The notes below the pieces were generated by a model, which worked only from the letters and a program-made list of their open reading frames with translations, made no database searches and was not told where the DNA came from. From Desulfobulbaceae bacterium (GTDB lineage Bacteria; Desulfobacterota; Desulfobulbia; Desulfobulbales; Desulfobulbaceae), in the NCBI GenBank assembly GCA_015493715.1, contig WGCP01000369.1:1-41049 (forward strand): DNA of 41,049 nt, given 5' to 3'. The number at the start of each line of letters is the position of its first letter. The first letter of the stretch is position 1. A program made the translations under genes and the position numbers. Positions 7,812 to 17,451 of this stretch are shown one piece after another.

Positions 7812-8737
7812 GCTAAAACCTCATCACCTTCGCCTTCGATAAAAATTTTCGGCACATCACCGACTGCGCCCCAATGGTAGGTAAGTGCGCGGACCGTCAT
7901 CGTACAGAACACATCCTTTATTAACCGGTTATCCGTCCATTGCAATTGGGCTCCTATTTCCGGAGGTCCAGACGAAAGCGGGATTGACTTGGACAGCCAT
8001 CTTTTTGACAAAATAGTTTTTATATCAGCCAAGGCATCTTGGATGTTTGAAGATGCGTTGTGACATACAGGATTTATCTCAAATGGAACCCCATAATGAT
8101 AAACCCCTGAGACTGACTCCGAGCCTGCGGTAAATAATGAGTACGCCTGAGGGCCTGCGTGGGGGCTTGTAAACGCGTCAAAATATCCTAAAAATATCGG
8201 TTGGCCTGTGGGAACCAGCATGTCACCCAAACGCAACACAGAATCTTTTATTTCGAAGAAATGACAAAAAAAGCCGGCTATGGTATCGAGCACATCAATC
8301 AACTGGTGCTCGCCTGTAACTTGGTAATAAACAGCAGGGCTTGGTAATCGTGCTGCAGAATGATCCAATGATAAATTTAAACGAGACGACTCACATGCCC
8401 AATTGAAAATATTAATCAGATTGTCATCAAATGTATGATCACTGATCATCGTAGAAAAGCTATCGCCATATAGCGAGTATTCAACTCCCGTTGAATCGTA
8501 TCGTAACAGATGACCTACTCCATTGATTATCTGCTGATCACTCCCATTTATGTCGGCCAGTATTGATATCTGCACGGTCACCGGGGGCGGAAAGTCATCA
8601 TTGAAGATTTCCTGCGAAAGCCGCACTGTCCCATAGGATGGTCTAACGTATCCTCCGCTGTAATGGTCCATTGATACTTTGATATCGTCCAAAGATGACA
8701 ACCCGATAAAATCAGGTATTTTTATATCAATATTCAT
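7808..8737 (-). CDS. Distal-tail-protein candidate (309 aa)
   Basis: First gene after the tape measure gene. Assignment is by position only. Confidence 0.55.
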   Translation of the reverse strand: MNIDIKIPDFIGLSSLDDIKVSMDHYSGGYVRPSYGTVRLSQEIFNDDFPPPVTVQISILADINGSDQQIINGVGHLLRYDSTGVEYSLYGDSFSTMISDHTFDDNLINIFNWACESSRLNLSLDHSAARLPSPAVYYQVTGEHQLIDVLDTIAGFFCHFFEIKDSVLRLGDMLVPTGQPIFLGYFDAFTSPHAGPQAYSLFTAGSESVSGVYHYGVPFEINPVCHNASSNIQDALADIKTILSKRWLSKSIPLSSGPPEIGAQLQWTDNRLIKDVFCTMTVRALTYHWGAVGDVPKIFIEGEGDEVLA

Positions 8738-8746
8738 CGAATAGTC

Positions 8747-11700
8747 TTAGAAGACGTGCTGTCCAATGCCGCCACGGTTGTTTCTTCGGTCAAATACTCT
8801 ATTTGCTTCTGCACGAGCCCGAGCATCAATTTTTTTGCCATCAAGTTCGACGACAAGCTTGTTCTCTACTTTAATTACCTGTTGACCCAACAACTCAAGA
8901 TACCTACCTAACTTGTCTATCTTATCCTCAATATGATTGATCTGTTTCGGGTGCCGGAGCGGGGTTATGGCCTCCGGGCCGGCCTCGCCAAAATAATTGA
9001 ACGGAGTAAACCAGGTCGGACGCTCGACAACGCCGCCGAGGGCTGACCCCTCTGCATCTCCGTACCTATCGTAGGGATCAAAATATCTGTCGCTGGACAA
9101 ACTTGAGCTGCCGGAAATGGAACTTGACATGTTCGCCGCACCCTGAATTTCCACATTGAGGCGGGCGGTAGCCTCCAGATCAAGGTTGGTGCTGGAAAAC
9201 TTGCGGACAGCGTTGGTCATTGCCTGGGCAGCCTGTGCTGCTTGTGTGGAGCCGATACCGGTTCCCTCAATATCATGTATCAGCGTTTGCAGCGCCCCTG
9301 ATCCACCGGCGGCGGCGGCCTTGACTTCGTCCATGACATCGCTTGAGCTGAGCCATTCATCGTCCAGGCCGTTCATATGCTGCACATATTGTTCAACTGC
9401 CTCAATGCCGGAGCCATAAGCTTCTGATATCTGGTCCGCGGTATCCTGGGTGGCAATGCCGCTATCGACCATGGCAGAGGCTAAAGAATCAGCAGCATTT
9501 TGCGCAGTATAAAAGGACTCTGAAACGCCGTCCAATTGTCCGACTGTCGCGTCGGTGGCCTCCCCGGCGGCTATCATGGCATCAACCAGGCCATAGGCGG
9601 ATGCGGAGGCATACTCGGTGGAATCGCCGGTTGCCGCCATCACGCCATTAAGCGTTTCGTACAGCTGGTTAAAAGCCGTCTCATTGCCCTGGGCAGCCTC
9701 GTGAGCGAGCTGCATGGTGGTGGCGGTATCGGCCATGGATACGTTTACCCCGGCCAGCGTGGATAGATACTGCTGGACATGGGTTGTATCCATGTTTTGC
9801 CCGAGCTGCTGCGTCATGTCGGACAGGCCGCCGAAATCACTCATGGCGGTTTCAGCTATCCCGGAAAAAACGTCCTTCCATTTCTTGGCATAATTCGACA
9901 TATCAATGGCGGAATAATCGCCGGATAATAGCTCGCTATGTTCCGCAGGAGTTCCAAGACCGATGCCGCTTTCCTTCCTGGTTGATTCCGCAATGAGGTC
10001 AGGGATTTTTGGGAGAAAAGAATTCATGGCAATGCCGACAGCGGCAATAATACCCATCGGCCCGGCCATGGAAGCTGATCCCATCTCTGCCCCGGCACCG
10101 GCACCGGCATAACTGGACATCATACCGGCCCCTGAACCTATACCGGATGCCCCAACACCTGAGTACATCCCCTGTGCCGCCAGCATTGTCCCTTCACCAG
10201 CCGCTGCAGATCCTGCACCGGCATAACTTGACAGCATGCCCATCCCTGAGCCTATACCGGTAGTCAACCCGCTCCCATTATTCGCAAGCGAGACCCCTAT
10301 CTCCTGCCCCGCAGTCTTCCCTATTTCCGATCCAAGCTGCTGGTAAACCTGCCCGGAGACATACGGTTCGACTGTCGTCTGACCGCCGTTATATCCAAGA
10401 TAACCAGCCACATCAGACGCAAACTGCGTGGCCGTGCCCTCTGGAACCAGGTCAAGGCCGACCGCGCCCTGATACATGGAGTATCCACCCACTCCTGTCT
10501 GTGCGGCACCAACGGCAACATTACCGTGGGCCATGTTGTTGACGCCTGAGTACATGCCATACGCCCCGCCAACCATAGCCGCGCCTGAAGCCAGTGTGGC
10601 CAGCCCGTCGGCAGCTCCCTCACTGACATTGGTTGCAACCCAATCATGGATTCCTGAACCTAAACCGGATGACGGGATCAGAGAGGTTACGTTACTGCTT
10701 CCCCCGCCACCGGAAGATCCGTCCCCGCCGAACAGGGAAGATAAAGCCGAGCCCAGGGTCTGGCCGCCGGAAGAACCGTTGCCGAAGATGAGCTCAACCA
10801 GGGAATTTGATGCGAGCTGTGCAACCAGTCGAAAGAACTGGTCCCGAATTGAATCAAACAGACCTTTAATCAGGTCACCGGCCGTATTAATCTGGCCGGT
10901 CAGTATTTTGTTGATATACTCATTGCCCATGCGGCCCAGGTCATTGACCATGTTCTGCTGGAGCTGGTTGACCTTTTCGGCGTGCAATCCATACAGATCG
11001 TCACGCTCGTTCATGGCGGTTTCCAGGTCTGCGTTTATTGCCTCGTTGGTGGCCTGCTCCTGGGCCTTGATCATCTCGGCGGCCCGCTTGTCGGCCTCGA
11101 TTTTGCCGACAAACATGTCGGTATTCCGGTACCGCTCCTTGTGATATTTGATATCGTATTCAACCGCCTTGACGGTGGCCTTCTGGGCGCAGGTCAATTC
11201 CTGTCTGTGGGCCTCGCAGACAATCTTTGCGGTTTTCTTGGCATTCTTCTGCGTTTTCATCGCAGCCTCTGCCGCCGCCAGCCCGGCCACGTCAGCGGCT
11301 CCGGCAAACTGTTTATAGGCAGTGGCAACGTTATTGACGGCACCCTCACCTTTGGCCAGTTCGTTGCGCCATTTTTTCAAATAAGCAACCTGCTCTGAAA
11401 GCTCTTTTACTCGCGCTCTGGCGGTCTCGATTGATTTAGAGCTGACCAGCCAGGATAATCTTTCTTTTACCGCCAGATTTGATTTTGCCTTGGCCAGCTC
11501 GGCCTCTGCGTCGGCAATCTCATGTATGGCAAGCCTGACTTTTGAATAGTTAAGTAATTCGGCCGGATCGAGAGAGAGGTACTGCTGAATAGTTATCACG
11601 CCATGAGCCAGATCGCGCAGGGCCTGCATAGCTGCTGCTGCTTCTCGCGTTTTGTCTATTAGAGTATTGACGGCTTCGAGACCACCCGCAAAAAACGACC

Positions 11701-12574
11701 CTATTGCTTCCCTATGGGCTTCGATATAGGCGGTGAATTTTTCGACTTCTTGCCGAAGGCTGTCAACTTCGCTTTTAAATTCGTCAGACTTGGTGATGGT
11801 GAACCCCAACTGTTCCCACATGTCACCGTAAGAATTACTGAGTTGGGAGACTTTGCCGTCAAAATCCTTTACTGCCGCCGATGCCGCACCGCCGAATTCA
11901 GACTCCAACTCTTTGAGAATAATGTTCTGGGCGGACATCATATCTCCTGACGCCTGCAGAACCTTTATCTGTTCTTTTTGTTGGTCGGTGAAAGTGACAC
12001 CTACCCGACTCAATGCTGTTAATCCCTGGATAGGATCATTCAGCGCCTTGCCGATTTGCGTAATTGAAGAGTTCAAATCGGTGCCCATGACGTTTGACAT
12101 ATCAAGGGCCGCCATGGTCGCCCGCTCAAACCCCTCTCCCCGGACATTTTTAAAAGTTGCAAGGATCCCCATGCCCGACAGTATGACCTCATCGCCGACA
12201 GTCGTTACATTCTGCATCGATGAGGCCATTGCCTTGAGCTGCTCAATGTTGTACCCGGAGGCATTGCCTGTTGCCTTGAGCACAGCGGCCAGCCTGGTTT
12301 CCACCTTCTCCTGTTCATTTGCCAGGCCGACCGCCTTTTTCATGGCGGCTGTCATGGCAACAAGACCGGCAGTAACCCCGGCGCCGACGATCAAGGCGGT
12401 TGCCTTTGCCGCCTTTGCCGCCCGCTCCGTATAATCCCCCAGGGTACGGCCTGCCCGTTTAAATCCCTTCTCCGCTTTGGCCCCGGCCTTTTCGGCGGTC
12501 TTCCCCAACTGACGGATTTTTACCGTGCCCTTGTCATCAACCTCGATGGCTATGTTCAGTCTGGTGGAATTCAC
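8747..12574 (-). CDS. Tail tape measure protein (1275 aa)
   Basis: Size, coiled-coil N-terminal half, Gly/Ala/Ser/Met-rich hydrophobic middle, and position after the G/GT chaperone. Confidence 0.9.
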   Translation of the reverse strand: MNSTRLNIAIEVDDKGTVKIRQLGKTAEKAGAKAEKGFKRAGRTLGDYTERAAKAAKATALIVGAGVTAGLVAMTAAMKKAVGLANEQEKVETRLAAVLKATGNASGYNIEQLKAMASSMQNVTTVGDEVILSGMGILATFKNVRGEGFERATMAALDMSNVMGTDLNSSITQIGKALNDPIQGLTALSRVGVTFTDQQKEQIKVLQASGDMMSAQNIILKELESEFGGAASAAVKDFDGKVSQLSNSYGDMWEQLGFTITKSDEFKSEVDSLRQEVEKFTAYIEAHREAIGSFFAGGLEAVNTLIDKTREAAAAMQALRDLAHGVITIQQYLSLDPAELLNYSKVRLAIHEIADAEAELAKAKSNLAVKERLSWLVSSKSIETARARVKELSEQVAYLKKWRNELAKGEGAVNNVATAYKQFAGAADVAGLAAAEAAMKTQKNAKKTAKIVCEAHRQELTCAQKATVKAVEYDIKYHKERYRNTDMFVGKIEADKRAAEMIKAQEQATNEAINADLETAMNERDDLYGLHAEKVNQLQQNMVNDLGRMGNEYINKILTGQINTAGDLIKGLFDSIRDQFFRLVAQLASNSLVELIFGNGSSGGQTLGSALSSLFGGDGSSGGGGSSNVTSLIPSSGLGSGIHDWVATNVSEGAADGLATLASGAAMVGGAYGMYSGVNNMAHGNVAVGAAQTGVGGYSMYQGAVGLDLVPEGTATQFASDVAGYLGYNGGQTTVEPYVSGQVYQQLGSEIGKTAGQEIGVSLANNGSGLTTGIGSGMGMLSSYAGAGSAAAGEGTMLAAQGMYSGVGASGIGSGAGMMSSYAGAGAGAEMGSASMAGPMGIIAAVGIAMNSFLPKIPDLIAESTRKESGIGLGTPAEHSELLSGDYSAIDMSNYAKKWKDVFSGIAETAMSDFGGLSDMTQQLGQNMDTTHVQQYLSTLAGVNVSMADTATTMQLAHEAAQGNETAFNQLYETLNGVMAATGDSTEYASASAYGLVDAMIAAGEATDATVGQLDGVSESFYTAQNAADSLASAMVDSGIATQDTADQISEAYGSGIEAVEQYVQHMNGLDDEWLSSSDVMDEVKAAAAGGSGALQTLIHDIEGTGIGSTQAAQAAQAMTNAVRKFSSTNLDLEATARLNVEIQGAANMSSSISGSSSLSSDRYFDPYDRYGDAEGSALGGVVERPTWFTPFNYFGEAGPEAITPLRHPKQINHIEDKIDKLGRYLELLGQQVIKVENKLVVELDGKKIDARARAEANRVFDRRNNRGGIGQHVF

Positions 12575-12581
12575 GGTATGG

Positions 12582-12881
12582 TTATTTCTCCCTGCCCATT
12601 AGCGGGCAGATTAACGGCGGGTTAAACAGCTTTTTAATCTCTCCCAGATCCATCCACTCATCAGGGGTCAGATCATCGGCCTGCAGCGGATATCCGCCTT
12701 CGACCATAGCCCTGATTCTCAGCAGCTTGACGGTGTAGGGGTGCAGATCCGCATGCCGCTCTTTCGGGCACATTTTGCAGGTTTGCGCAAGATTGTCTCC
12801 GACCTCGATCCTGCATTCTTCTTCATCCTCAATCGTACAGAGACCCGCCTTTATTGCGGCAAGGTCTCGCTTGAGTTTGGG
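12582..12881 (-). CDS. -1 frameshift extension of the tail assembly chaperone (gpT-like part of the G-T fusion)
   Basis: The -1 frame is open from the slip site to the stop at 12582. It reads ...PKLKRDLAAIKAGLCTIEDEEECRIEVGDNLAQTCKMCPKERH... Confidence 0.6.
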   Translation of the reverse strand, partial: PKLKRDLAAIKAGLCTIEDEEECRIEVGDNLAQTCKMCPKERHADLHPYTVKLLRIRAMVEGGYPLQADDLTPDEWMDLGEIKKLFNPPLICPLMGREK

Positions 12882-13282
12882 GCCGCGTCCTCATCTTCGT
12901 CCGGCTCTTCAATCTCGGCCGAGCCCTCAAAGATATGGGCGCCCAGCAGCATCACAAGATCCGCCGCATGGTCCTTGAGCCAGATTTTCCAGTCCTTGTA
13001 ATATTCCGGATCACCGGCATCACTGGCAAACGGCACCGGTTTACCGTCAATCATGCGCTCAAAATCGCCCTTGCGGATGCCGGTCAGTACCTTAAGACCA
13101 TATTTCAGGCGCGTTTCCGCCTGGCGGAACTTGATCTTTTTGCCTTTTCGCTGGATGGCCTCGTTGGAAAATCCCTCCCGTTCCCTGGTCGTCGGCATCC
13201 GGTAATAAAAGACAATGGGAGTATCGGAAAGGTTGTCGTGGAGATGGAGCTCGTTTCTGCTTGTTGATTCGCCTCGTGCCAT
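12851..13282 (-). CDS. Tail assembly chaperone (gpG-like)
   Basis: Lies between the tube candidate and the tape measure. Acidic C-terminus. AGAGGA SD 8 nt before the ATG at 13282 (MARGES...). Confidence 0.7.
   Translation of the reverse strand: MARGESTSRNELHLHDNLSDTPIVFYYRMPTTREREGFSNEAIQRKGKKIKFRQAETRLKYGLKVLTGIRKGDFERMIDGKPVPFASDAGDPEYYKDWKIWLKDHAADLVMLLGAHIFEGSAEIEEPDEDEDAAPNSSETLPQ
12875..12881 (-). promoter_or_regulatory. Programmed -1 ribosomal frameshift heptamer C CCA AAC
   Basis: X XXY YYZ heptamer in the correct phase (gcC CCA AAC), 8 codons before the G stop. The downstream ORF is in the -1 frame. Confidence 0.6.
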
Positions 13283-13388
13283 GTTTGTTGTCCTCTGCGT
13301 GATGTTGTTTGTAAGGATGCCGCCCTCGGCCCTGCCCACCAGCAGAGGAGGCAGTGGGCGTCAGGCGGCAGGTTTTATACATAAAAAA

Positions 13389-14663
13389 TTACTGGGCGTA
13401 CCCGGGAACCAGGTTTTTTACCCGGACAATCGCCGAGCCATGGGTCGCGTCCTCCAATACCTGCAGGTCACCTGCCTCGGCAACAAGCTTGTTGTCCGTG
13501 GACATGGGCGCGGACAGCAGGCCCAGACGCGGGAAGATCAACTCCAGGGTATACTTTTGCCCGGCCTCATACTCGGCGCCCTCGCAGAGCAGGTACAGGC
13601 CAAAATACTCGTTGGCATCCATGTACCGCTGCATGAGCATGTTGCGCATGTTGCGGGTCAGGGTAAGGGTCTGGACCCGTCCCGACCGGAAACAGCGGCC
13701 GGCGTTGGCGCCACCGGCGCAGGGCGTGAATTCGAGCGACATATTATTGTTGATCTTGTACTCAAACTGACGCAGGGTCGCGGCCACCTGGTGCCCACCG
13801 ACAAACTGGCTGCCGTCCCAGTTGCCGCCGAGATGGATACAGGCCTGGGCAACCCGCAGGGGTGTCTCCACGATCCGGGCGGGAAAAGTAGCCCATGCCG
13901 GTTCCGTGGGGGTGTACAGGATCTTGTAATCCACTTTGGACCCGGACCCGCCCAGGGACTCAATGGTGATGACCGCCGGGGTGTCGGCGGAAACGGCGTT
14001 GACAACGGCAAACTTATAGCCGCCGCCGACCATGGCCCTGACCACCTGAATCGAATCCAGCCGCTCGGCATCGGTGGCGCCCTGGACAGCGTTTGCCGCC
14101 AGGGTAAGCGTGGTCGCGTTATCGGCGGCGGTTACGGTCTCTTCGATCACCGTGTCCTCATGCATGCCTGTGGCCTTGATGGAGGCGGACCCCTTTACCC
14201 AGTCATCAGCGGCAAAGGTCAGGGTCGCGGAATCGACAAAGCAGGACGCCAACCGCCTTTTGTCGATGGTCTTACCGATGCGCTGGGCGGCGGTAAAGCT
14301 GGGATTGCTTCTGGCAACGTCGACATCGCCGTCTATCGGCGTGATGGTGTGCTGGTATCCGGACCCGGCGGCAACCGTGGCACAATTCCCCAGTGCGTAT
14401 GCCAGGATAAAGGCGGCCTGGTTGGGCTGCAGCTTGGCAAAGTTAAAGGTCCCTGATGCGGTATTGCCGTTATCATAGATAAGATCGGCCTCTTCTTTTC
14501 CGTTGGCCTCATCGACGTTATTTTCCCGCCGCAGGTCCAGGTTCAGGTAATCGGAATCACCAATCAGGATGGACTGGTCCAAGTCCTGAAAAGTGTTGAT
14601 CGCCGTTTCCATCGTCCCGGCCGACACCGCCGTCAGGTTCAGACTCGCGCGTGGGTTAAGCAT
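13389..14663 (-). CDS. Major tail (tube) protein candidate (424 aa)
   Basis: Assignment by position, between the head-tail joining genes and the chaperone. Beta-rich sequence. No sheath gene present. Confidence 0.6.
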   Translation of the reverse strand: MLNPRASLNLTAVSAGTMETAINTFQDLDQSILIGDSDYLNLDLRRENNVDEANGKEEADLIYDNGNTASGTFNFAKLQPNQAAFILAYALGNCATVAAGSGYQHTITPIDGDVDVARSNPSFTAAQRIGKTIDKRRLASCFVDSATLTFAADDWVKGSASIKATGMHEDTVIEETVTAADNATTLTLAANAVQGATDAERLDSIQVVRAMVGGGYKFAVVNAVSADTPAVITIESLGGSGSKVDYKILYTPTEPAWATFPARIVETPLRVAQACIHLGGNWDGSQFVGGHQVAATLRQFEYKINNNMSLEFTPCAGGANAGRCFRSGRVQTLTLTRNMRNMLMQRYMDANEYFGLYLLCEGAEYEAGQKYTLELIFPRLGLLSAPMSTDNKLVAEAGDLQVLEDATHGSAIVRVKNLVPGYAQ

Positions 14664-14829
14664 CTTTCTTTCCTCCCTTTCCCGGCGCCTTGGCCGCTTT
14701 CACTCGGACAAACGCTTTTTTGTGTTCCTCGGGAATCTCCCGATACTGAAAATCATGGGTAAACACATGCCCGGCCAGCGGGCCGTCAACCACTTCAAAC
14801 GGTGGTTGATCCTTCTTTAACTTCCACAT
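14656..14829 (-). CDS. Small hypothetical protein (57 aa, below ORF-track cutoff)
   Basis: Hand translation gives MWKLKKDQPPFEVVDGPLAGHVFTHDFQYREIPEEHKKAFVRVKAAKAPGKGGKKDA. It fills the gap between genes and overlaps both neighbours. Confidence 0.35.
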   Translation of the reverse strand: MWKLKKDQPPFEVVDGPLAGHVFTHDFQYREIPEEHKKAFVRVKAAKAPGKGGKKDA

Positions 14830-15284
14830 GGTCCTTGAACCTCTTTGGTATAGGTGATGGTCAACTGTTTGCGCTGGATGCCGTTTGACTGCGGATCGAT
14901 AAACATCTCCGACTCCATTTCGTCCGTCAGGGTTGCAGCCTGTATAACGGGCTCCATGCCGAGCAGATTACCGACCAGTTTTTGCTTGATATCATCGGCA
15001 ATCGTCAGTACCCCGGCCTGGGTCGTGGAGGCATCGCCGATGATTGCTCTGTCCGTATCTTTGGCCAACTGCACAAAGACCACCAGGTGCACCGGCAGCT
15101 TCCACTCAACCGCGCAGCAGGAGAGTTCCCGCATCTCCGTCCGTCCGTCCTTGATGGCGACGCAGGGCATCTTTGCCCCGGTATTAATTGAATACACGCT
15201 CGGGGCGATGAAGATGTCACGATCCCGGATGTAATCCAGGTAATTCCTAAGTTCAGCCTGGACGGCCAGCAGTATCTGTTTCAA
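14817..15284 (-). CDS. Head-tail joining / tail terminator-like protein (155 aa)
   Basis: Position and size only. Confidence 0.55.
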   Translation of the reverse strand: MKQILLAVQAELRNYLDYIRDRDIFIAPSVYSINTGAKMPCVAIKDGRTEMRELSCCAVEWKLPVHLVVFVQLAKDTDRAIIGDASTTQAGVLTIADDIKQKLVGNLLGMEPVIQAATLTDEMESEMFIDPQSNGIQRKQLTITYTKEVQGPCGS

Positions 15285-15706
15285 TATTTATCCAGCTCCG
15301 AATGGGGAAAAAGTTGATCCGGCGCATCCACCTTTGCCTGCTCCCTGCCTCCTGATCCCTCCGGGTCGGAGACGCCGAGAGAAATCTTACCGACGGCCAC
15401 CAGATTCAAAAAACGATGGGAATTTTCACAGCGCTTCTGCCAGTGCTCTGGCCTGCCGGTCGGTCTGCGGTCATACAGGGCGCAGACGGCGAGATCCGCG
15501 CAGAACCTGGTTAAAATCGTCGGCTCCTGGGCCAGGGGCAGGGTATACCTGGTGCCGAGGTAGCCGTCGATAATGTCCTGGGCATAGGCAATGGCTTCGG
15601 AAACGACAGCTTCATCGATCACGCCCTGGTCACCATCATCGGTCAGCTGGATAAGCTCATCCTCATCCAGCCATTTTTTGATGTCGGCAACGGTGGCGTA
15701 ACTCAT
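15281..15706 (-). CDS. Mu gp36-like (DUF1320) head-tail connector protein
   Basis: MSYATVADIKKWLDEDELIQLTDD...IDGYLGTRYTLPL matches the DUF1320 N-terminal pattern. Confidence 0.75.
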   Translation of the reverse strand: MSYATVADIKKWLDEDELIQLTDDGDQGVIDEAVVSEAIAYAQDIIDGYLGTRYTLPLAQEPTILTRFCADLAVCALYDRRPTGRPEHWQKRCENSHRFLNLVAVGKISLGVSDPEGSGGREQAKVDAPDQLFPHSELDKY

Positions 15707-16032
15707 CTGGATTCCTTATCCTGGTAAATCGCCCAGGCCGCGTCCCGTTCCTTAGCGGTGATTTCCTTTTTGAGGATTGACGACAAAACTTCCGTCTTCG
15801 GCTTGTGGGATTTTGTCCACAGCACATCGTCATCCTTATCCAGGGCGCCGATGGCCTCGACGATATCATCAAGATCGACGACCACGTGCAGGGGAGGCTT
15901 GGCCTCCCTGACCTTGCCCGCCTTGATCAAACCGGCGGCCTCTTTATCCTCAATTTCCACCAGGGCTCCCGGGTAATGGATATCTTTGCCGTCATCAATA
16001 ACGCCGCCGGCGCATACTCTGCACTGCATCAT
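15703..16032 (-). CDS. Hypothetical head-module protein (109 aa)
   Basis: GGGAGG SD before the ATGATG at 16032. The longer ORF-track version overlaps the capsid gene by 146 nt. Confidence 0.5.
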   Translation of the reverse strand: MMQCRVCAGGVIDDGKDIHYPGALVEIEDKEAAGLIKAGKVREAKPPLHVVVDLDDIVEAIGALDKDDDVLWTKSHKPKTEVLSSILKKEITAKERDAAWAIYQDKESR

Positions 16033-16087
16033 GTTTCCTCCCATTGTTTCCGGCCCGCTTATCCCGCGAGCCGTGGATAAAATCCGG

Positions 16088-17080
16088 TTACACCACCACG
16101 GCCCAGATAACGGCCAGCGGCTGGAACATAACCGGCAGGGGGCGCGCCTCGGCCTTGATCCACTTGCCGGACGGATCATCATCCTCCCACATCTTGGAGA
16201 AGAACATATCGGCCGGTTTACCCTTGCCGACACCGGCAGGAGCTTTCAGGTCAATCACCGGCGCAAACAGCTCGGCGGCGATCTGGGGCCCAAGGCCAAC
16301 CAGGGCAAAGACGTTCTCCGGGATCAGGTCGTGCATGACCCCTGAATCATCGGTGTAGGTGCCGTCGTATTCGTCAATGTTGACCTTGGCCAGGCGGGCG
16401 ATACGGCCCTCTTCGGCAATCTGCCTGCCGGCGGAATACTGGAGCAGCTCGCGGGCATTATCGTTATTGATCAAAGCGTCCATGGCGCCGGATCCGCAGA
16501 AGGCGGCAAATCCGCTGACCGGTCCCGCATGCTGCGAGATTATCTTTTTCCAGGCCCTCAGGTTCTTGATCGGCTCAGAGGCTGCGTCGGTCCACTTGGC
16601 CGTACCGGTCAGGGTCGGCTTGTGGGCGGCCGGCAGGTTGTAATCAACGAGCACGGTCCCGTCCTTGTCCACGACCTGGCCGGACAGCGCCTTGACGGCC
16701 ATGTATTCCCGGGTAAGATCAATCGAGGTCCGCATGTCGGCCTGCTCTTCACCTATCCGCTCCTTGAGCAGCTCGGTCGCCATGACCGATCCGAAAGCGC
16801 GCATATCTTTCAGGTCATCGGCGGAAATAAACCCTTTTTCCGCGAACCGGGGCGCGTTGCAGGTGACGGTCTTGCGGCCGATGCCGCCTCGGACCGTGGC
16901 CGGGGCTGCGGTGGAGATATTGGACAACAGATGACCGGATGACTCCTTGACATCCCATTTAAACGTCCCGGTCAGTTGGCGCTTCTTGCGGCCGAACACG
17001 GTGTCAAGCACCCTGGTCGGCGCGGGTTTCATCTTATTGATCGCCAGGGTCAACTGTCTGGCGGTAAACTCATCAGCCAT
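16088..17080 (-). CDS. Major capsid protein (Mu T / lambda E-like family)
   Basis: 330 aa. N-terminal pattern ARQLTLAINKMKPAPTRVLDTVF and position after the protease/scaffold and decoration-like genes. Confidence 0.85.
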   Translation of the reverse strand: MADEFTARQLTLAINKMKPAPTRVLDTVFGRKKRQLTGTFKWDVKESSGHLLSNISTAAPATVRGGIGRKTVTCNAPRFAEKGFISADDLKDMRAFGSVMATELLKERIGEEQADMRTSIDLTREYMAVKALSGQVVDKDGTVLVDYNLPAAHKPTLTGTAKWTDAASEPIKNLRAWKKIISQHAGPVSGFAAFCGSGAMDALINNDNARELLQYSAGRQIAEEGRIARLAKVNIDEYDGTYTDDSGVMHDLIPENVFALVGLGPQIAAELFAPVIDLKAPAGVGKGKPADMFFSKMWEDDDPSGKWIKAEARPLPVMFQPLAVIWAVVV

Positions 17081-17112
17081 GATATAGGCCTCCTAAATAG
17101 AATAGATAGTTG

Positions 17113-17451
17113 TTACCCGGCGAAATACACGCCGCGCGCCTCAAGGGCTGTGATGGCTGCGGCGTCAAGACCGGTCATGTTCGCCTTGACGTACACCCCG
17201 GCAAAACCGACAACAGCCTTTACATCGGCGGCTGCCGCCTTGGCATCTTCCATCAGCACCGCTACCGGATTTTCCGAACCATCGGAAGCGCCGGCAGCGT
17301 AGGCAATCATTTTTCCTGTGGCCGTTACCCGGCCCAGGATGGTTCCCTTGACCAGGTCGGCTCCTGCGCCGATGGTCTCCGGCAACAGTACCGGCCCGTA
17401 ATCATCAGAGGCGATAAAGGCCGGACGATTCATAGTCGTTTCTGTGGTCAT
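17113..17451 (-). CDS. Head decoration-like protein (gpD/DUF2190-like)
   Basis: 112 aa, Gly/Ala-rich, immediately upstream of the capsid gene. Confidence 0.55.
   Translation of the reverse strand: MTTETTMNRPAFIASDDYGPVLLPETIGAGADLVKGTILGRVTATGKMIAYAAGASDGSENPVAVLMEDAKAAAADVKAVVGFAGVYVKANMTGLDAAAITALEARGVYFAG

Noticed and set aside
10476-11144. 222-aa plus-strand ORF within the tape measure gene
   Set aside because: It is an antisense, Pro/Ser-rich shadow ORF.
13215-14456. 413-aa plus-strand ORF
   Set aside because: It lies antisense to the tail tube gene. Its Gly/Arg/Pro-rich, low-complexity translation is typical of shadow ORFs in GC-rich coding DNA. It has no SD and no operon context.
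15703-16233. Possible frameshifted C-terminal extension of the major capsid protein (ORF overlaps the capsid 3' end by 146 nt)
   Set aside because: The overlapping frame is +1 rather than -1, and I saw no slippery sequence. A good GGGAGG SD plus ATG at 16032 explains the downstream gene on its own.
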